A stretch of DNA of 64,000 bases from Felis catus (taxonomy: Eukaryota): NCBI RefSeq assembly GCF_018350175.1, contig NC_058368.1, positions 38,194,001-38,258,000 on the forward strand. The letters run 5' to 3'. The position numbers and the translations under genes were made by a program. Of this stretch, positions 52,081-64,000 are shown one piece after another (position 1 is the stretch's first letter; each line of letters starts with the position of its first letter). Under the pieces are notes generated by a model that was not told where the DNA came from, did not search any database, and saw only the letters and a program-made list of their open reading frames with translations.

Positions 52081-53649
52081 AAATGACAAAGCATGTCTAG
52101 CTTGTGTTAAATTGCCCTACCTACTGGCTTAAATAATACCAAATACAGATTTGTTGAGATGTACATGGAGATATTTATCCACTCATCTATATATCTGTGT
52201 ATCTATCCACCATACTGGATGGTTCAAATAGTACCATTAATTACCAACTCATACCATTAATTATTAACTCTGTACATCCTGGATATAAGAAAGGCCAAGA
52301 AGGAGTCAATGAGTGCATAACACAGTAATTCTAGATCTATTTTTTCCTGAAGGGTCACAGTCAAAGTTAAACTAAGAGAGAGAGGGAGATTGGACAGAAG
52401 AAGTACCCACGTGAATTGCTCTTATTTTTATGAGGTAGATCTGTGCCATGTGTTTGATAAAAAGTAACTACCAAGCTTGGGAAAATATTTCTGTTCTTTA
52501 TGTATTCTATTCTGTGTTGAGATATAGGTGTACCCTCAGTATAACAAATTTTTAAACGTTTAACCTGTTACGTGTTTAGATTGGGGAAGACTGCATGATA
52601 GAAAGCATGAAAGGAAGAAATGGAAACTCTCTCAATCCCCCAGTTATAATTCATAGTATACAGTTGAGGAAAGGCTGGTGTGAGACCATCCTTAAGTGAA
52701 TTACAAAGTAGAGTCACAAATTAGGAGCAGGCCATGAAATGACTTCTAGATGCCTCTTGTATTGCTACCTCCTTACATGCTAGAAAGGATCACATTTCAA
52801 TATGTATTTGTTTATTTATACTCTGTCTTATTTCTCACAATTGTGATGTGGCATATTATAGAAACACAAACTGCAAACTGATAAAATATAAATTAAAATG
52901 AATGAGAATCAGATTATAACATGAATTAAGAATAATTTCCTGACTTAGAAATTTTATCACAATTAAGGGGGGTATGATGTCACACACAATTGCTACATAT
53001 GAGGCTCAAATTAGGCTTTGATTATTCTGGTAGTCAAAATGAAAAAAGAAAAACAGAGTCTTTTTACATACCGCTCATTGTTAGTAAAGAGGTTTGTTTC
53101 AGATCTCATGAATGAAACAAGCTCGTCCTGTCATGTAGCTGTAAAAACAAATACTGGTTTCTCGTATCTCTCTTCTAAACACAAAAGGAAAAAAGCAAAA
53201 AAAAGTTTTATCTTCTCACCCCTTTCTTTTCATTTTCAGAGCAAGTTTTCTTGAGTTATTTAACGACAGTACTTTCTCAGACCCCTTTCTCCCTCTCCAA
53301 TTGGGATTCCATTCTCTCCATTTTGTCAAGAGTACTTTTGCCAAAGTAACAGATGAAGCCCTAAGCCCCCCTTTGCTTCTGGATTTTGACAATGTGAAAA
53401 GAATCTTCATATTTATTCAATGTCATTTTCAGTTTCTGCAAAATGGGTGTAGTAAACTATGGTTATAAAATACAACCAGCTTTACATTTTATATCACTTT
53501 TGAGGAAAAAAGAAAGAAAATAAAATTGCAAATACTGGTAATGTCATATTAATGAAAAATTACATCTTTTGTGGACACAGTATATTTGCCGAGTGGTAAG
53601 AAAAAATCACAATTAATCCTATAAAGTTTTCTCAAATAATAATTATTTA

Positions 53650-53886
53650 GGGGCTCCTGAGTGGCTCAGTTGGTTAAGTGTCTGAATCTTGATCTTGGCT
53701 GAGGTCATGATTTCATAGTCTGTGAGTTTGAACCCCATGTAAGACTGCCTGACAGTGGGGAGCTTGCTTGGGATTCTCTCTCTTCCTCTCCCTCTGCCCC
53801 TCTTCTGCTTATGTGTGCATTCTCTCTCTCTCTCTCTCTCCCTCTCTCTCTCTCTCTCAAAATAAATAAATAAACATAAAAATAAA
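53650..53886 (+). mobile_element. CanSINE
   Basis: TSD aaataataattatt at 53634-53647 and 53887-53900. Confidence 0.95.
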
Positions 53887-53904
53887 AAATAATAATTATT
53901 AAAA

Positions 53905-54605
53905 AATAAATACCCATAAGCGCATTTCTTGGTATTACTCAAATGAACTGAAAATTTAAATCTACACAAAAACTTACATGTAGATGTTTATGTCAGCTTT
54001 ATTCAAAACTGCCAAAACTTGGAAACAGTCAAGATGTTCTTTAATAGGGGAATGTATAAAAAAAACTTTGCTACATCCAAACAATGGAATCTAATTCAGT
54101 ACTAAAAAGAAATGAGCTATCAAGCCATGGAAAGATGTGGAAAAAACTTAAGTGGATATTGCAGTGAAAGAAGCCAATCTGAAAAGACTACATACTGTAT
54201 GATTCTAGTTGCATGACATTCTAGAAAAGGTGAAATTCTGGAAACAAAAAAAAAAATATTGGTTGTCAGGAGTTAGGGGGCAAAGGTGAAATGAATAGGC
54301 AGAACACAGATTTTTAGGGCAGTGAAACTATTCTGTATGATGCTAGAACAATGGTTGCAAATCATTATATATTCATGAATACCTATAGAATATGCAATAC
54401 CAATAGTGAATATTAATGTAAATTATGGATGATAATATATTAATGTAGGGTCATTGATTGTAACAACTGCACTATATGGTGGGATCTTAATAGTGGGGGA
54501 AATTGTGCACGTGTTGGAACAGTGATATATGGGAATTCTTGGGACTCTTTACTTAATTTTGCTTTGTACCTAAAATTGCTCTAAAAGTAGTATTTATTAA
54601 TTTTA
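53905..54605 (+). mobile_element. Old L1 3' end (L1MB/MC-like)
   Basis: 'gccaaaacttggaaaca', 'gtgaaagaagccaatctgaaaag', 'ttttagggcagtgaaactattctgtatga', 'cctaaaattgctctaaaa'. Confidence 0.88.
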
Positions 54606-55079
54606 CAAATAACTGTAAGTGTAGAAGTTAAAAATATTCAATTTTCAAATATAATCTCAATAGTAAAACATGAATGTTATCTTTTACAATGAATGGGGAA
54701 TGACTGAACAGAGGAAATGTGCCCGTTATGATAGAAGGCAAGTTTTTAATTCTGATTAATCTACTTATCAAGTTGCTGCTTTGAATCACTAGCACTAACC
54801 TTATTATTTTTTTTATGAGCTCTAAGTAAAGTACTTTACAACACACCATCTGTATGCTTGAACAGTTTTAGTTACAGGGGAATTGCTTCCTCTCAGTAGA
54901 AGACTATTTTTCTAATCTTAATCAGATCTGAGAAAAAATGTCATTTTTAAGAAACATTTTCCCTAAAAGAGAAGAAGACACACGACTTCTGTGTTTCTAA
55001 ATCCTGTACTGGTTCTCTTTGTTGGCCTTACACAGGTGATCACTTTCTCATTCTCAAATCATTATTTTCTGAGGTATTT

Positions 55080-55127
<48 letters not shown>

Positions 55128-55137
55128 CGCGCACGTG
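55080..55137. repeat. (GT)n(GC)n alternating purine-pyrimidine tract
   Basis: Directly visible. Confidence 0.95.
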
Positions 55138-56067
55138 ACACCACACTCCCCTACGTCATTCTCTGCTTCATCTCAGTTTCTTTGGCTAGTTCCTTCCTTT
55201 CTTTTTGACCTCTAAACTTTGTAGTAATTCACAATTCTCTCACGCCATCCCTTTTCTTCTCTATTAACATGTTTTTCTAACTAAGGCATCAGGTTATTGG
55301 TTTATACTCCACCTATATATCACTATTAAGTTCAAGACCCATATATGCAAATTGTGGCTTTACATTTTCACTTAAATGTCTACACTTCAAGTCAACTTTC
55401 TCTTTAGTCAGTCCTTCACATCTTATTAAGTGGTATCACCAATCAACCGGGTATCTAGGCAAAACCTAGGCGTCTTCCTTGCTTCCTTTCTTCATCTCAT
55501 ATCACATTCTTTATTCATTCGCAAGCTCAATCACTGCTGTATATAAAATATATCTTGAATCAAACCACTTTTGTTTCTACATTTGCCATTCAGTTTCAAA
55601 TCTCTATCACCTCTAAATTGACATGTGTCAGTAGTAACTTCCTCAGTCCTCTTTTCTTCTACTCTCGCTTGTATAAAATCTGTTATTCACAGAAAAACCA
55701 ATTGAGTTATATTAAAATTGGAAATCAGATCTTGCCATGCCTCCTGCTGAAAATCCTCTATTGGTTGCCTATCTCATTTAGAATAACTTCCAAACTCTGT
55801 CAAGGTCTACAGTGTCCAAATTGATCCTCTCTCCATCAACCTCCAAGATTTTGTCTTCTGACATGCTTCCCTCTTGACATTCTTATCATCTGTTTCATTC
55901 TGGGATTTGATAAAGTATTTTCCATATTTTAGTGACTTTTCACTAGCAGCTTCATTTGTTATCATGACTCCATGTTATTCAGGTCTCAGTTTAAATGTAA
56001 TCTATGTAGAGATCTTGTCTTTGATACCCAATAAAGAGTATTATACAGTTATCATCTCTTCTTTATT

Positions 56068-56285
56068 AAAAATTTTTTTTTCAACGTTTTTTTTATTTTT
56101 GGGACAGAGAGAGACAGAGCATGAACGGGGGAGGGGCAGAGAGAGAGGGAGACACAGAATCCGAAACAGGCTCCAGGCTCCGAGCCATCAGCCCAGAGCC
56201 TGACGCGGGGCTCGAACTCACGGACCGCGAGATCGTGACCTGGCTGAAGTCGGACACTCAACCGACTGCGCCACCCAGGTGCCCC
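56068..56285 (-). mobile_element. Young feline CanSINE (SINEC_Fc)
   Basis: TSD tcttctttatt at 56057-56067 and 56286-56296. Confidence 0.97.
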
Positions 56286-56296
56286 TCTTCTTTATT

Positions 56297-56495
56297 TTTT
56301 AAATGTTTATTTATTTTTGAAAGAGAGCATGAGCAGTGGAGGGGCAGAGAGAGAGGGAGACACAGAATCCAAGGCAAGCTCCAGGCTCTGAACTGTCAAC
56401 CCAGAGCCCAACCCGGGGCTTGAACTCTCAAACCACAAGATCATGACCTGAGCCAAAGTTGGGATGCTTAACCCACTGAACCACTCAGGCACTCC
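56297..56495 (-). mobile_element. CanSINE (older)
   Basis: Full body; flanked by tcttctt. Confidence 0.95.
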
Positions 56496-57289
56496 TCTTC
56501 TTACTTTAAATGTTTGCATACCATCCTAAGACATGTTGTTACTTCTTTGCATCTTTTCCTTCTCTAAAATTGGCTTCAAAAGAGCAGAACGTATTTACCA
56601 ACATATTTCTGGTCTTATTTACTAACATATTTTTGGTGTAAAGCAAAGCACCTGGTCCCTAGGAAGCAAATATTTGCTGAATAGTGAAGTGCATGCAAGA
56701 CATTTTTCATATGGGAAGCATCATGGAACACTGATGTAAAGAGCAGTGTTCTCACTAAAACTCCCTCACAAAGATTGCTTTCAAAAGGATTATGTTGTGG
56801 TGGCTTTGTTTTGTTATGTTTATTTTCTTTGAGAACAGTAATTCTCCGTGAAAGTGGAAGATAAAAACCAAAGCATCCCAGGAAGATTCAAGATAATGTG
56901 GTTAATATCATTAGTTATTGTTGGCTTGCCTTAATATTTCTAAGACCTACAAATATATAATCTATAGCCTGTAACATTTTGGAGTCATGAAAGCTGACTA
57001 CTAGTTGAAAACTAGTAACCTTCTCCTCACTAAAAACACACACTCAAATACAGTGCTTGCTAAACTTTTCAGACTATTTCAGAGGATTCACACACCACAC
57101 AATATACACCCACGGTCTTCTTGCTCTTGATGAACTCTAATAGGATCTAATAGAAAGAATAAACTGTCCTTTGATGTAATCCTCCATAAAGGGCATATCC
57201 TTTCAGAATAAAATTTAATGAGAATTTTAACACAGTCATCTCGAGGTTGCATTATCTGTCAGGAGTCAAGGATACAGATGATCTGTGCT

Positions 57290-57693
57290 ATTATTTACTG
57301 AGCATAGACCCACAGAAATAAGTGCAACATTTTTTTTTACCAATATCAAGTGACTTTACTGCAAAATTTATGTTAGACCTGAGACCTACAAAGAGAAATA
57401 AAAGATAGCTGATTCCTTGATAATTTGATAATCTTTAAGTCAAAGTAGACATATAAACATATCACTTTAATATAATGAAGTACATGTAACAGTTGTTTAT
57501 GTACAGGATATTTTAGTAACACAGTGAATATATTGACTCAACCAGGATCATTATAGAGTGATTGGAGGTGTTCTCTGAAGTTCTCCTGAGATGAATATTT
57601 TTATTTTTATTTATTTTATTTTATTTTATTTTATTTTATTTTATTTTATTTATTTTATTTCAGAGACAGAGTTAGGGAGAAGGGCAGAGGGGG

Positions 57694-57747
<54 letters not shown>

Positions 57748-58170
57748 CTTAAGCAGGCTCCAAGCTCAGTGCAAAGCCTGATGTGGGCCTCGATCCCACA
57801 ACCTTGGGATCATGATCTGAGCCGAAATCAAGAGCAAGGTGTTCAACTGACAGCAACCCAGGTATCCCATGAGATGAATCTTTAAGTATACATTTAAAAA
57901 GGATAGAAGGGATACTTATAGAGGAGGATTTAGGATAAATTGAGTAGAGGAAAGAAAGATAGGCATATGGAATTAGAAACATTTGGTACTAGAAAATAAA
58001 TTTCAAAGTCAAGACAGCAATGAATGGACTGGGAGATAAGTCACTTAAGAAGTTTAAGTAGGAATGGCATAGTCATAGTTGTATTTTAGATAGCTGACTC
58101 TGCCTGCATTTTGCACAATGGATTGGAAGCATGCATGCAGCTATTGTAATTAGGAGATGAATGTATTTGA
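57290..58170 (-). mobile_element. L2 fragments
   Basis: 'tatttactgagcat', 'tttaagtaggaatggcatagtcatag...attttagatagctgactctg'. Confidence 0.6.
57597..57869 (-). mobile_element. CanSINE with (TAAAA)n tail and long (CT)n
   Basis: TSD tgagatgaat at 57587-57596 and 57870-57879. Confidence 0.95.
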
Positions 58171-58179
58171 GGTACGTGG

Positions 58180-58563
58180 TAAATTAATTTGCTAGGACTA
58201 CCATACCAAAGTATTATAGACTGGGTGGCTTACACAGAAATTTATTTTGTCACAGTTCTGGAGGCTGGAAATCCAAGATCAAGTGTTGGCAGAGTTGGTT
58301 CCACTCTGAGGTCTCTCTCCATGTTTTGCAGAGGGTCGTCTTCTTCTGGTATCTTCCATGGTTTTCCCTATGCAAGTGTATGTATTAATTACCTCTTCTC
58401 ATAAGGACACCAACCACTTTGAATTAGGGCCCACAAACAGACCTCATTTAACCTAAATTGCCTTTTTAAAGACTTTATCTCCAAATACAGTCACATTCTG
58501 AGAAACTGGAATTGACAGTTCAAAATAAGAATTTGGGAGGAGGACACAATTCAGCCCATAATG
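58180..58563 (-). mobile_element. MLT1B-like solo LTR
   Basis: 'cacagttctggaggctggaaatccaagatcaag', 'tctccaaatacagtcacattctgag', 'gacacaattcagcccataa'. Confidence 0.9.
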
Positions 58564-58817
58564 TACAGAAAGGAATTAATGTAATAATTACTTAAATGAG
58601 AGAAATATGGAATAATTATTTGAGGCTAGATACTCTTCAAAATTGTTATTATAAATTACACAATTCTCTCTCAATAGATAGTCGGGTTCCTATTTATCTG
58701 AAATCTTTGAGAAATATTACTTGAGCTTAATCTGTTTTCTAAAAGCAGGTGATGCTCACTATGAAACAGGAAAGGAAATACTGAGTCATTTTAAAACCAA
58801 GAACCAGGTGAACTGAC

Positions 58818-59000
58818 CAAAGCAACCCTCACCTTGGATGTATGTTGGAATCACAGAGAGAGCTTCAAAAAAAATATGGTTATGCCAGGGGTCTACCTCA
58901 GCACAATTACATACAAAACCATGGATAAAGCCTGAGCCACATTAGTTTTAAAAAATATCCCTGGAAGATCTCAACATGTAGTAAAAATTAAGAACCACTG
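58818..59000. mobile_element. MER5A-like hAT-Charlie MITE
   Basis: 'ttggaatcac...gagctt..aaaaat...atgcc' and end 'ttaagaaccactg'. Confidence 0.7.
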
Positions 59001-59354
59001 GAATGGAGGAAGAGTGTAAGCAGAGGAAAAAAAGTAAAGGGACAGAGCAACTGGGGGAAAAAACGAAGCCTGAAGCCCTGACATGATTTGAGTGTACAAC
59101 TACGAACTGAATGAACACAGAGCAAATTAAATGTAAGGGGCAGGACTTAAAGCAGACAGTCTATGCATTAGAGAGCCTAGTCAGGCAGAACATCACAAAT
59201 ATGGTGCTGTTTCTGTGACTATAACCATTGATGTCCTATAATCTCAGAACAGACTCTCTGAGAAGAAGCTTCCAAAGGCTTTTCATTAATTAGTGTGTGT
59301 GTGCGCGCGCGTGCACATGTATGCGTAAGAATGCATTGATGTTATGAGATTTTT

Positions 59355-59561
59355 TTTTCAACGTTTATTTATTTTTGGGACAGAGAGAGACAGAGCATGA
59401 ACGGGGGAGGGGCAGAGAGAGAGGGAGACACAGAATCGGAAACAGGCTCCAGGCTCTGAGCCATCAGCCCAGAGCCCGACGCGGGGCTCGAACTCACGGA
59501 CCGCGAGATCGTGACCTGGCTGAAGTCGGACGCTTAACCGACTGCGCCACCCAGGTGCCCC
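59355..59561 (-). mobile_element. Young feline CanSINE (SINEC_Fc), essentially all CpGs intact
   Basis: TSD atgagattttt at 59344-59354 and 59563-59573. Confidence 0.98.
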
Positions 59562-59611
59562 AATGAGATTTTTAACATAGAAGGCTCTGAAAGTCTCAAG
59601 ATACAGTTGCT

Positions 59612-59749
59612 GGGTTTGAGTCCCACATCAGGCTCCTCCCTGACAGCATGGGCCCTGCTTGGAATTCTCTCTCTCTCACTTTCTGCCCCTTCTGCACCCA
59701 TTCTCTGTCTCTCTCTCTTAAAATAAATAAATAAAAATAAATGTAAAAA
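59612..59749 (+). mobile_element. 5'-truncated CanSINE
   Basis: Starts at the B-box region; perfect 14-bp TSD aagatacagttgct at 59598-59611 and 59750-59763. Confidence 0.92.
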
Positions 59750-59769
59750 AAGATACAGTTGCTCTGGCT

Positions 59770-60200
59770 CAATAGCAGAAAGGTCTGTGTGGAGATGAAC
59801 ACTGCAAAACCAGGGGCTCAGAGGTGCCAATTGTCAAAAGCAGAGATGGAGCCTTTAACAAGGGGTTTACAACCAGAGGAACAGAGGATGGGTATCTCAG
59901 AGGTCCCACCAGAGGACCCACAACCTTATACATCCTGCAAAGTCTAGCCTCACATGCAACAAGCCTGACTAGGGGAGAGAAGAAAACGTATTGATTGAGT
60001 TTTCATTACTTAATTGACTATGTGCATTGTAATTTAGGGGATTATTACTAATAGGGATTTGTGTTCACTAAAGGAGACTAGACAAGTGATGGGACCTGCC
60101 CCAGTTTCACACAGAGGAAAAGGAAGAATGATTTTTATCTTTCACTCATGAGTTAAGAGAGACACGCTGTGACCAAAAATTAAATTGATTTAATGGTTAT
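59770..60200 (+). mobile_element. Possible ancient LTR relic (LTR78/85-like)
   Basis: Motif 'aagtgatgggacctgccc...tttca' recalled from old mammalian LTRs; weak. Confidence 0.3.
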
Positions 60201-62039
60201 ACTTAACTGGTCTATTTTACTTATAATAAGCAGGGGGAAAGGAGCACAGGGAAGATGCTGACTGAAAAAAATCTCTCCTTCAAAACATTTGCAGACTATA
60301 GTTAGTTTCTAATGAACAGATAATAAGGATTTTAAAAGGTCTCAAGGATTCTCCTTCAGAAAATCAACTAGTACTGCAACTTCCCTTGTGATGGTCAATA
60401 TCATTAAATGGATTAGAATAGGCCCCACTGAGAACACCTGTTATGAAAGGTAATTTAACATAAGGGCAGCAACATTCTGGAATGGAAACCTAGGCTCCTC
60501 AAAGATTCTGTCTTCGTCTGGTTTGTTGGTTTGGATGGAAGGGATAGGCTAGGATGGGAGACAGTGCTTGAAATTGAAAGGTCCTATAGTCCATACTGGT
60601 GTCTTGATAATAGGTAAGCATAAATAGCTATAGTGTACTTTTTTGTTTATTGAAATCAAACCAGGAAACGCCATTTTGTAAACACCTGTAAAGCCTGGCA
60701 CAAAGAAGGGTCAACACAGCATTGAATAAGCTTCCAATGAAGGGTATGACCAAGTTTTTAAAATTTTTTTGGTGTGACCGATTTTTAATATCAAGGCTAT
60801 GTGGCAATAAGAACAATACCAATAGTGTTAGAAATACTAGTTTCCGTTTCCCTCACTTTGGAAGAAAAATTTACTTTTTGGATTGAATAGCCCTGAATTT
60901 CTAGAATGTTTGGGGGACAAAGAAGCCTCATTCAGGAAAATGTAGACTTCTTGACAAGTTTGGTAAATGCGGACTCCAGCTATTAGTTGAAAAGAATAAA
61001 GAAATATACATGTGATGGCCTCACCGGATGCTGAAGCCTCCTCTAACAGCTACAAAGAGAAGGTGAAGTCATGTTAATCAGACCTTTTTAATGACCCCTT
61101 TTTTCCCCTGATGTATTTCCTACTTCAATTCTTTTAAATTTCTGTATATTTAAACAAATAGTTCTTTCCTTATTTTCTCAGTGGAAAGAGATAAAATTCT
61201 CTCAAAACCAAGTCTGACATGGAGCCACAGGAGGAAATGCCCTTTGTAAGGATAGTTCACACTAACAAAATAACTTTTTTTTTCCTTAAAATGTGGTTTC
61301 ATTACATAATACTGCAGCTTCTCTGTTCAAAGTTATACACTGATCGAAATACAATGTATTAGAGTCTTACCTAATGACCAGTCATTAATAGTTATTCTAT
61401 TATGGAATTGACAATTTTAAGGAGAAGCTGATTTTGTGGTGTTCTATTACAATTCTCATAGTAACTCAGAGCATTCATGTGCAATAAAATCAGGTGACCT
61501 CTAACTCCCTCCATTTTTCTGTGTTTTATCCTTCCTCTCCACCTCCAAATTCTGCTGAGTTGGGACACTTCCTCCTGTTTCCATAGCTCCTACATTTCTA
61601 CTGATATGCTCTATACCATGGTGCCTCAACTGGTGTACTGTGGAACCCAGCTCCTGGGGCACTAGGCAACCTTGAATCCATTAAGCTTTCTGCTTTTCCC
61701 ATTCTCACCTCCCTGTGGATATTCTTCAAATGCTGACTTCAGGCTAGACCTGCCACTCTCCAGCTTTCCTAAATCACCCCTGAGTTATCCGTGGTCTCAG
61801 TGGCTGCATCACCTAAATATTTTCATCCTTTCATATCTCTTCTTTCATTTCACTCAGTGCCCCACATCCTTCAGAATTGTAAGCATTCCTGAAATCAACA
61901 AAAATGTAAACATTCCACAGTGCTTCACATCAGAATCTTACACGATATATTTTATTACCCCTTTTTGCACTGTAGCCTACATTTCTCGTTTATTGATTAC
62001 ATACTTTTATCATTAGTAAATCCTAGTAGTTTAGCCCCG

Positions 62040-62720
62040 GCTTGAACTATTCTAGACTCATATTCATCATTGACAGCATTGATATATTCATATGAAGGAA
62101 ATGTGAGGAGGCAGATTTTATCCGGATTTCAGCAAGGCAATTGACAAAATAAATTAATCGATGTCCTTAAGGTCCTAAGTAAGTAGATTCAGAACAATTG
62201 GCAGAGCTAAAATGAGATGGATTTCAGTTTAATAAGTAAAAGGAAGTTGAACTAGTTATAAATGTAGAGATACTGTCTCACACTTCTAACTTCGAACGCC
62301 CTGCTTGCTCTTCCTGAACAGCTGCTACCTGGTTAGCTACTACTTAGTCTTTAAGGTTTTTTTGAGGGTCTTTTCCTCCAGAAAGCTGTTACTTATCCCC
62401 TTCTCTTCTGGTAAGGTAGTATTTTTTATTCTTTCATGACACTGCAGTTTTACTCCTATTAAGACACTTTTCACATTTTATTATATGACCTGTTTATTTG
62501 ACTTTAATTCAACCCCTTGTGATTGATTGTAATCATTACACAATTGGGCTCTTAAAAAAAAAAAAAAACTATTAGTCTATCTGGACACAATCATCTGTTT
62601 TCCAAAGGGGAAGAAAAAGGAAGGGGAGTCATAGATGCATGTTAGGGGACAGCATAAACTAGAAAGGATCTGAACATGTTCTATTGGGAAAGGGATCTGA
62701 ACTTATACTGGCCATATATA
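62040..62720 (+). mobile_element. CR1/L3 LINE remnants with an L2 fragment (about 62270-62520)
   Basis: 'tatccggatttcagcaaggcaattgacaaa' corresponds to the CR1 RT motif YLDFSKAFDK. Confidence 0.6.
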
Positions 62721-63129
62721 AATATTTTAAAAAGAATATTCTTTAGCAGTGATCACTAGCGATCGTGTTGCTTTAAAATTTCAGCATTAGTGTGTAAAAA
62801 TTCTGCCCAGTGTATCAATAGAAACATTTACTCAATTGAGAATTAATTATGTAATATATTTTAATTGATACATGCCTTTACATGCTTATGGAAGCATCGT
62901 AAAATTAATTTATCTGACTTATTGCAGAGATTGTATAAGAAAGTTTGGTGGATAGTAACAGTAACAAAAAATTAAATATTCTTTAAAACAGTGGAAGAAA
63001 AGAAAGAAAATTTTACTTTATATAATCTCAGTCTTCGATCTTCCTTTAAGAAAAGGCAGAAAAAGCCTTTAGACAGGACAAAAACAATGAAAAGATCATG
63101 TAACTCCAAAAAGAAATATGTACATTGGT

Positions 63130-63326
63130 GGGGTACCTGGGTGGCTCAGTCAGTTAAACATCCGACTTTTGATCTGGGCTGAGGTCGTGATCTCACAGTC
63201 TTGGGATTGAGCCCCACATCCAGCTCTGTGGGAGTCTGCTTGGGATGCTCTCTCTTCCTCTCTCTTGGCCCTTCCCCTGCTCATGCGCTCTATTTCTCAA
63301 AATAAATAGAAATTTTAAAAAAACTT
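63130..63326 (+). mobile_element. CanSINE
   Basis: Head, CT tract, tail; degenerate TSD aaaaaga(a)atatgta..ttgg. Confidence 0.94.
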
Positions 63327-63869
63327 AAAAAGATATGTATGTTGGCAATATAATATTTTTAGATTTAAAAAGTCAGCTGATTTAGTGTAATGTCATGGTC
63401 ACATATGCAAAGTAAGTGTGTTCCACAGCGTGACTGATATGCTCACTTAAGCTGTTTTAATAATTGATGTAGATTACCTCAATAATGATTCAGTCCCAAC
63501 AACAGATATCAAAAATGAAGATAGACAAAAGAATTGATGCTTTTGCTTCAGTTTAGTTCACAGGTAAATGTAACTTTATTTCTTAATTCTGAAAATGACA
63601 GAAGTTAGTGCTACAGGCAGCATGGAGTTTTTGTAAGTTTATTTTGTGGAAGAATATAAAATTTTGTTGGTGGAATTGCAGTAGAGTTAAATAAAACCTG
63701 TGAGAGAAATTAAGAAACACAGTTTCCTAATGTTTCTAGACCAAGCATAACTTGAAACAGAAAATAAGATGATTGGTCAGAGTAAATTCCATATTTGCCA
63801 CTTAATTCTAGTTCTAGTATATTCATCAAATATATTAGGGCTCTTAAATAAAACAAAACTTAGTGTTTC

Positions 63870-64000
63870 TAAATGTGACTTTATTTCTCACTCACACCAT
63901 GATTTATACAAATAATTTAACCATTCTAGGCCTTAGTTTCCTTGTTTGAAATATGACAGTGTTTAGACTATCTCTGAGGTTCTTTGCAACTTTAATGTTC
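63870..64000 (+). mobile_element. MIR3-like fragment
   Basis: 'tttaaccattctaggccttagtttccttgtttgaaa...tctctgaggttctttgcaact'. Confidence 0.7.

Larger units (their letters stand above)
55150..56690 (+). mobile_element. L2, interrupted by two SINEs
   Basis: 'tatatcttgaatcaaaccac', 'ttcaggtctcagtttaaatgt', 3' end 'cctggtccctaggaagcaaatatttgctgaat'. Confidence 0.75.

Overview
AT-rich mammalian genomic DNA from a felid. The evidence is about 20 tRNA-derived CanSINEs, four of them near-perfect young feline SINEC_Fc-type copies, plus a young feline LINE-1. No intact protein-coding gene, RNA gene, CpG island or CRISPR array is visible, so the window reads as intergenic or deep-intronic. It is dominated by L1, CanSINE, L2, MIR, CR1/L3, MaLR/ERVL LTR and hAT MITE relics, plus microsatellites. 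Family assignments come from recalled consensus motifs, not from a database search. Most notable observations: (1) an orphan ~1.24 kb insertion (24862-26097) that splits a MIR and carries a decayed minus-strand reading frame, a candidate non-retroviral endogenous viral element or retrocopy; (2) a probable L1 3' transduction (8534-10107); (3) an L1 insertion that inverted and engulfed ~175 bp of its own target site (42384-43086); (4) a 30-nt in-frame microexon candidate; (5) several templated-insertion or repair scars.
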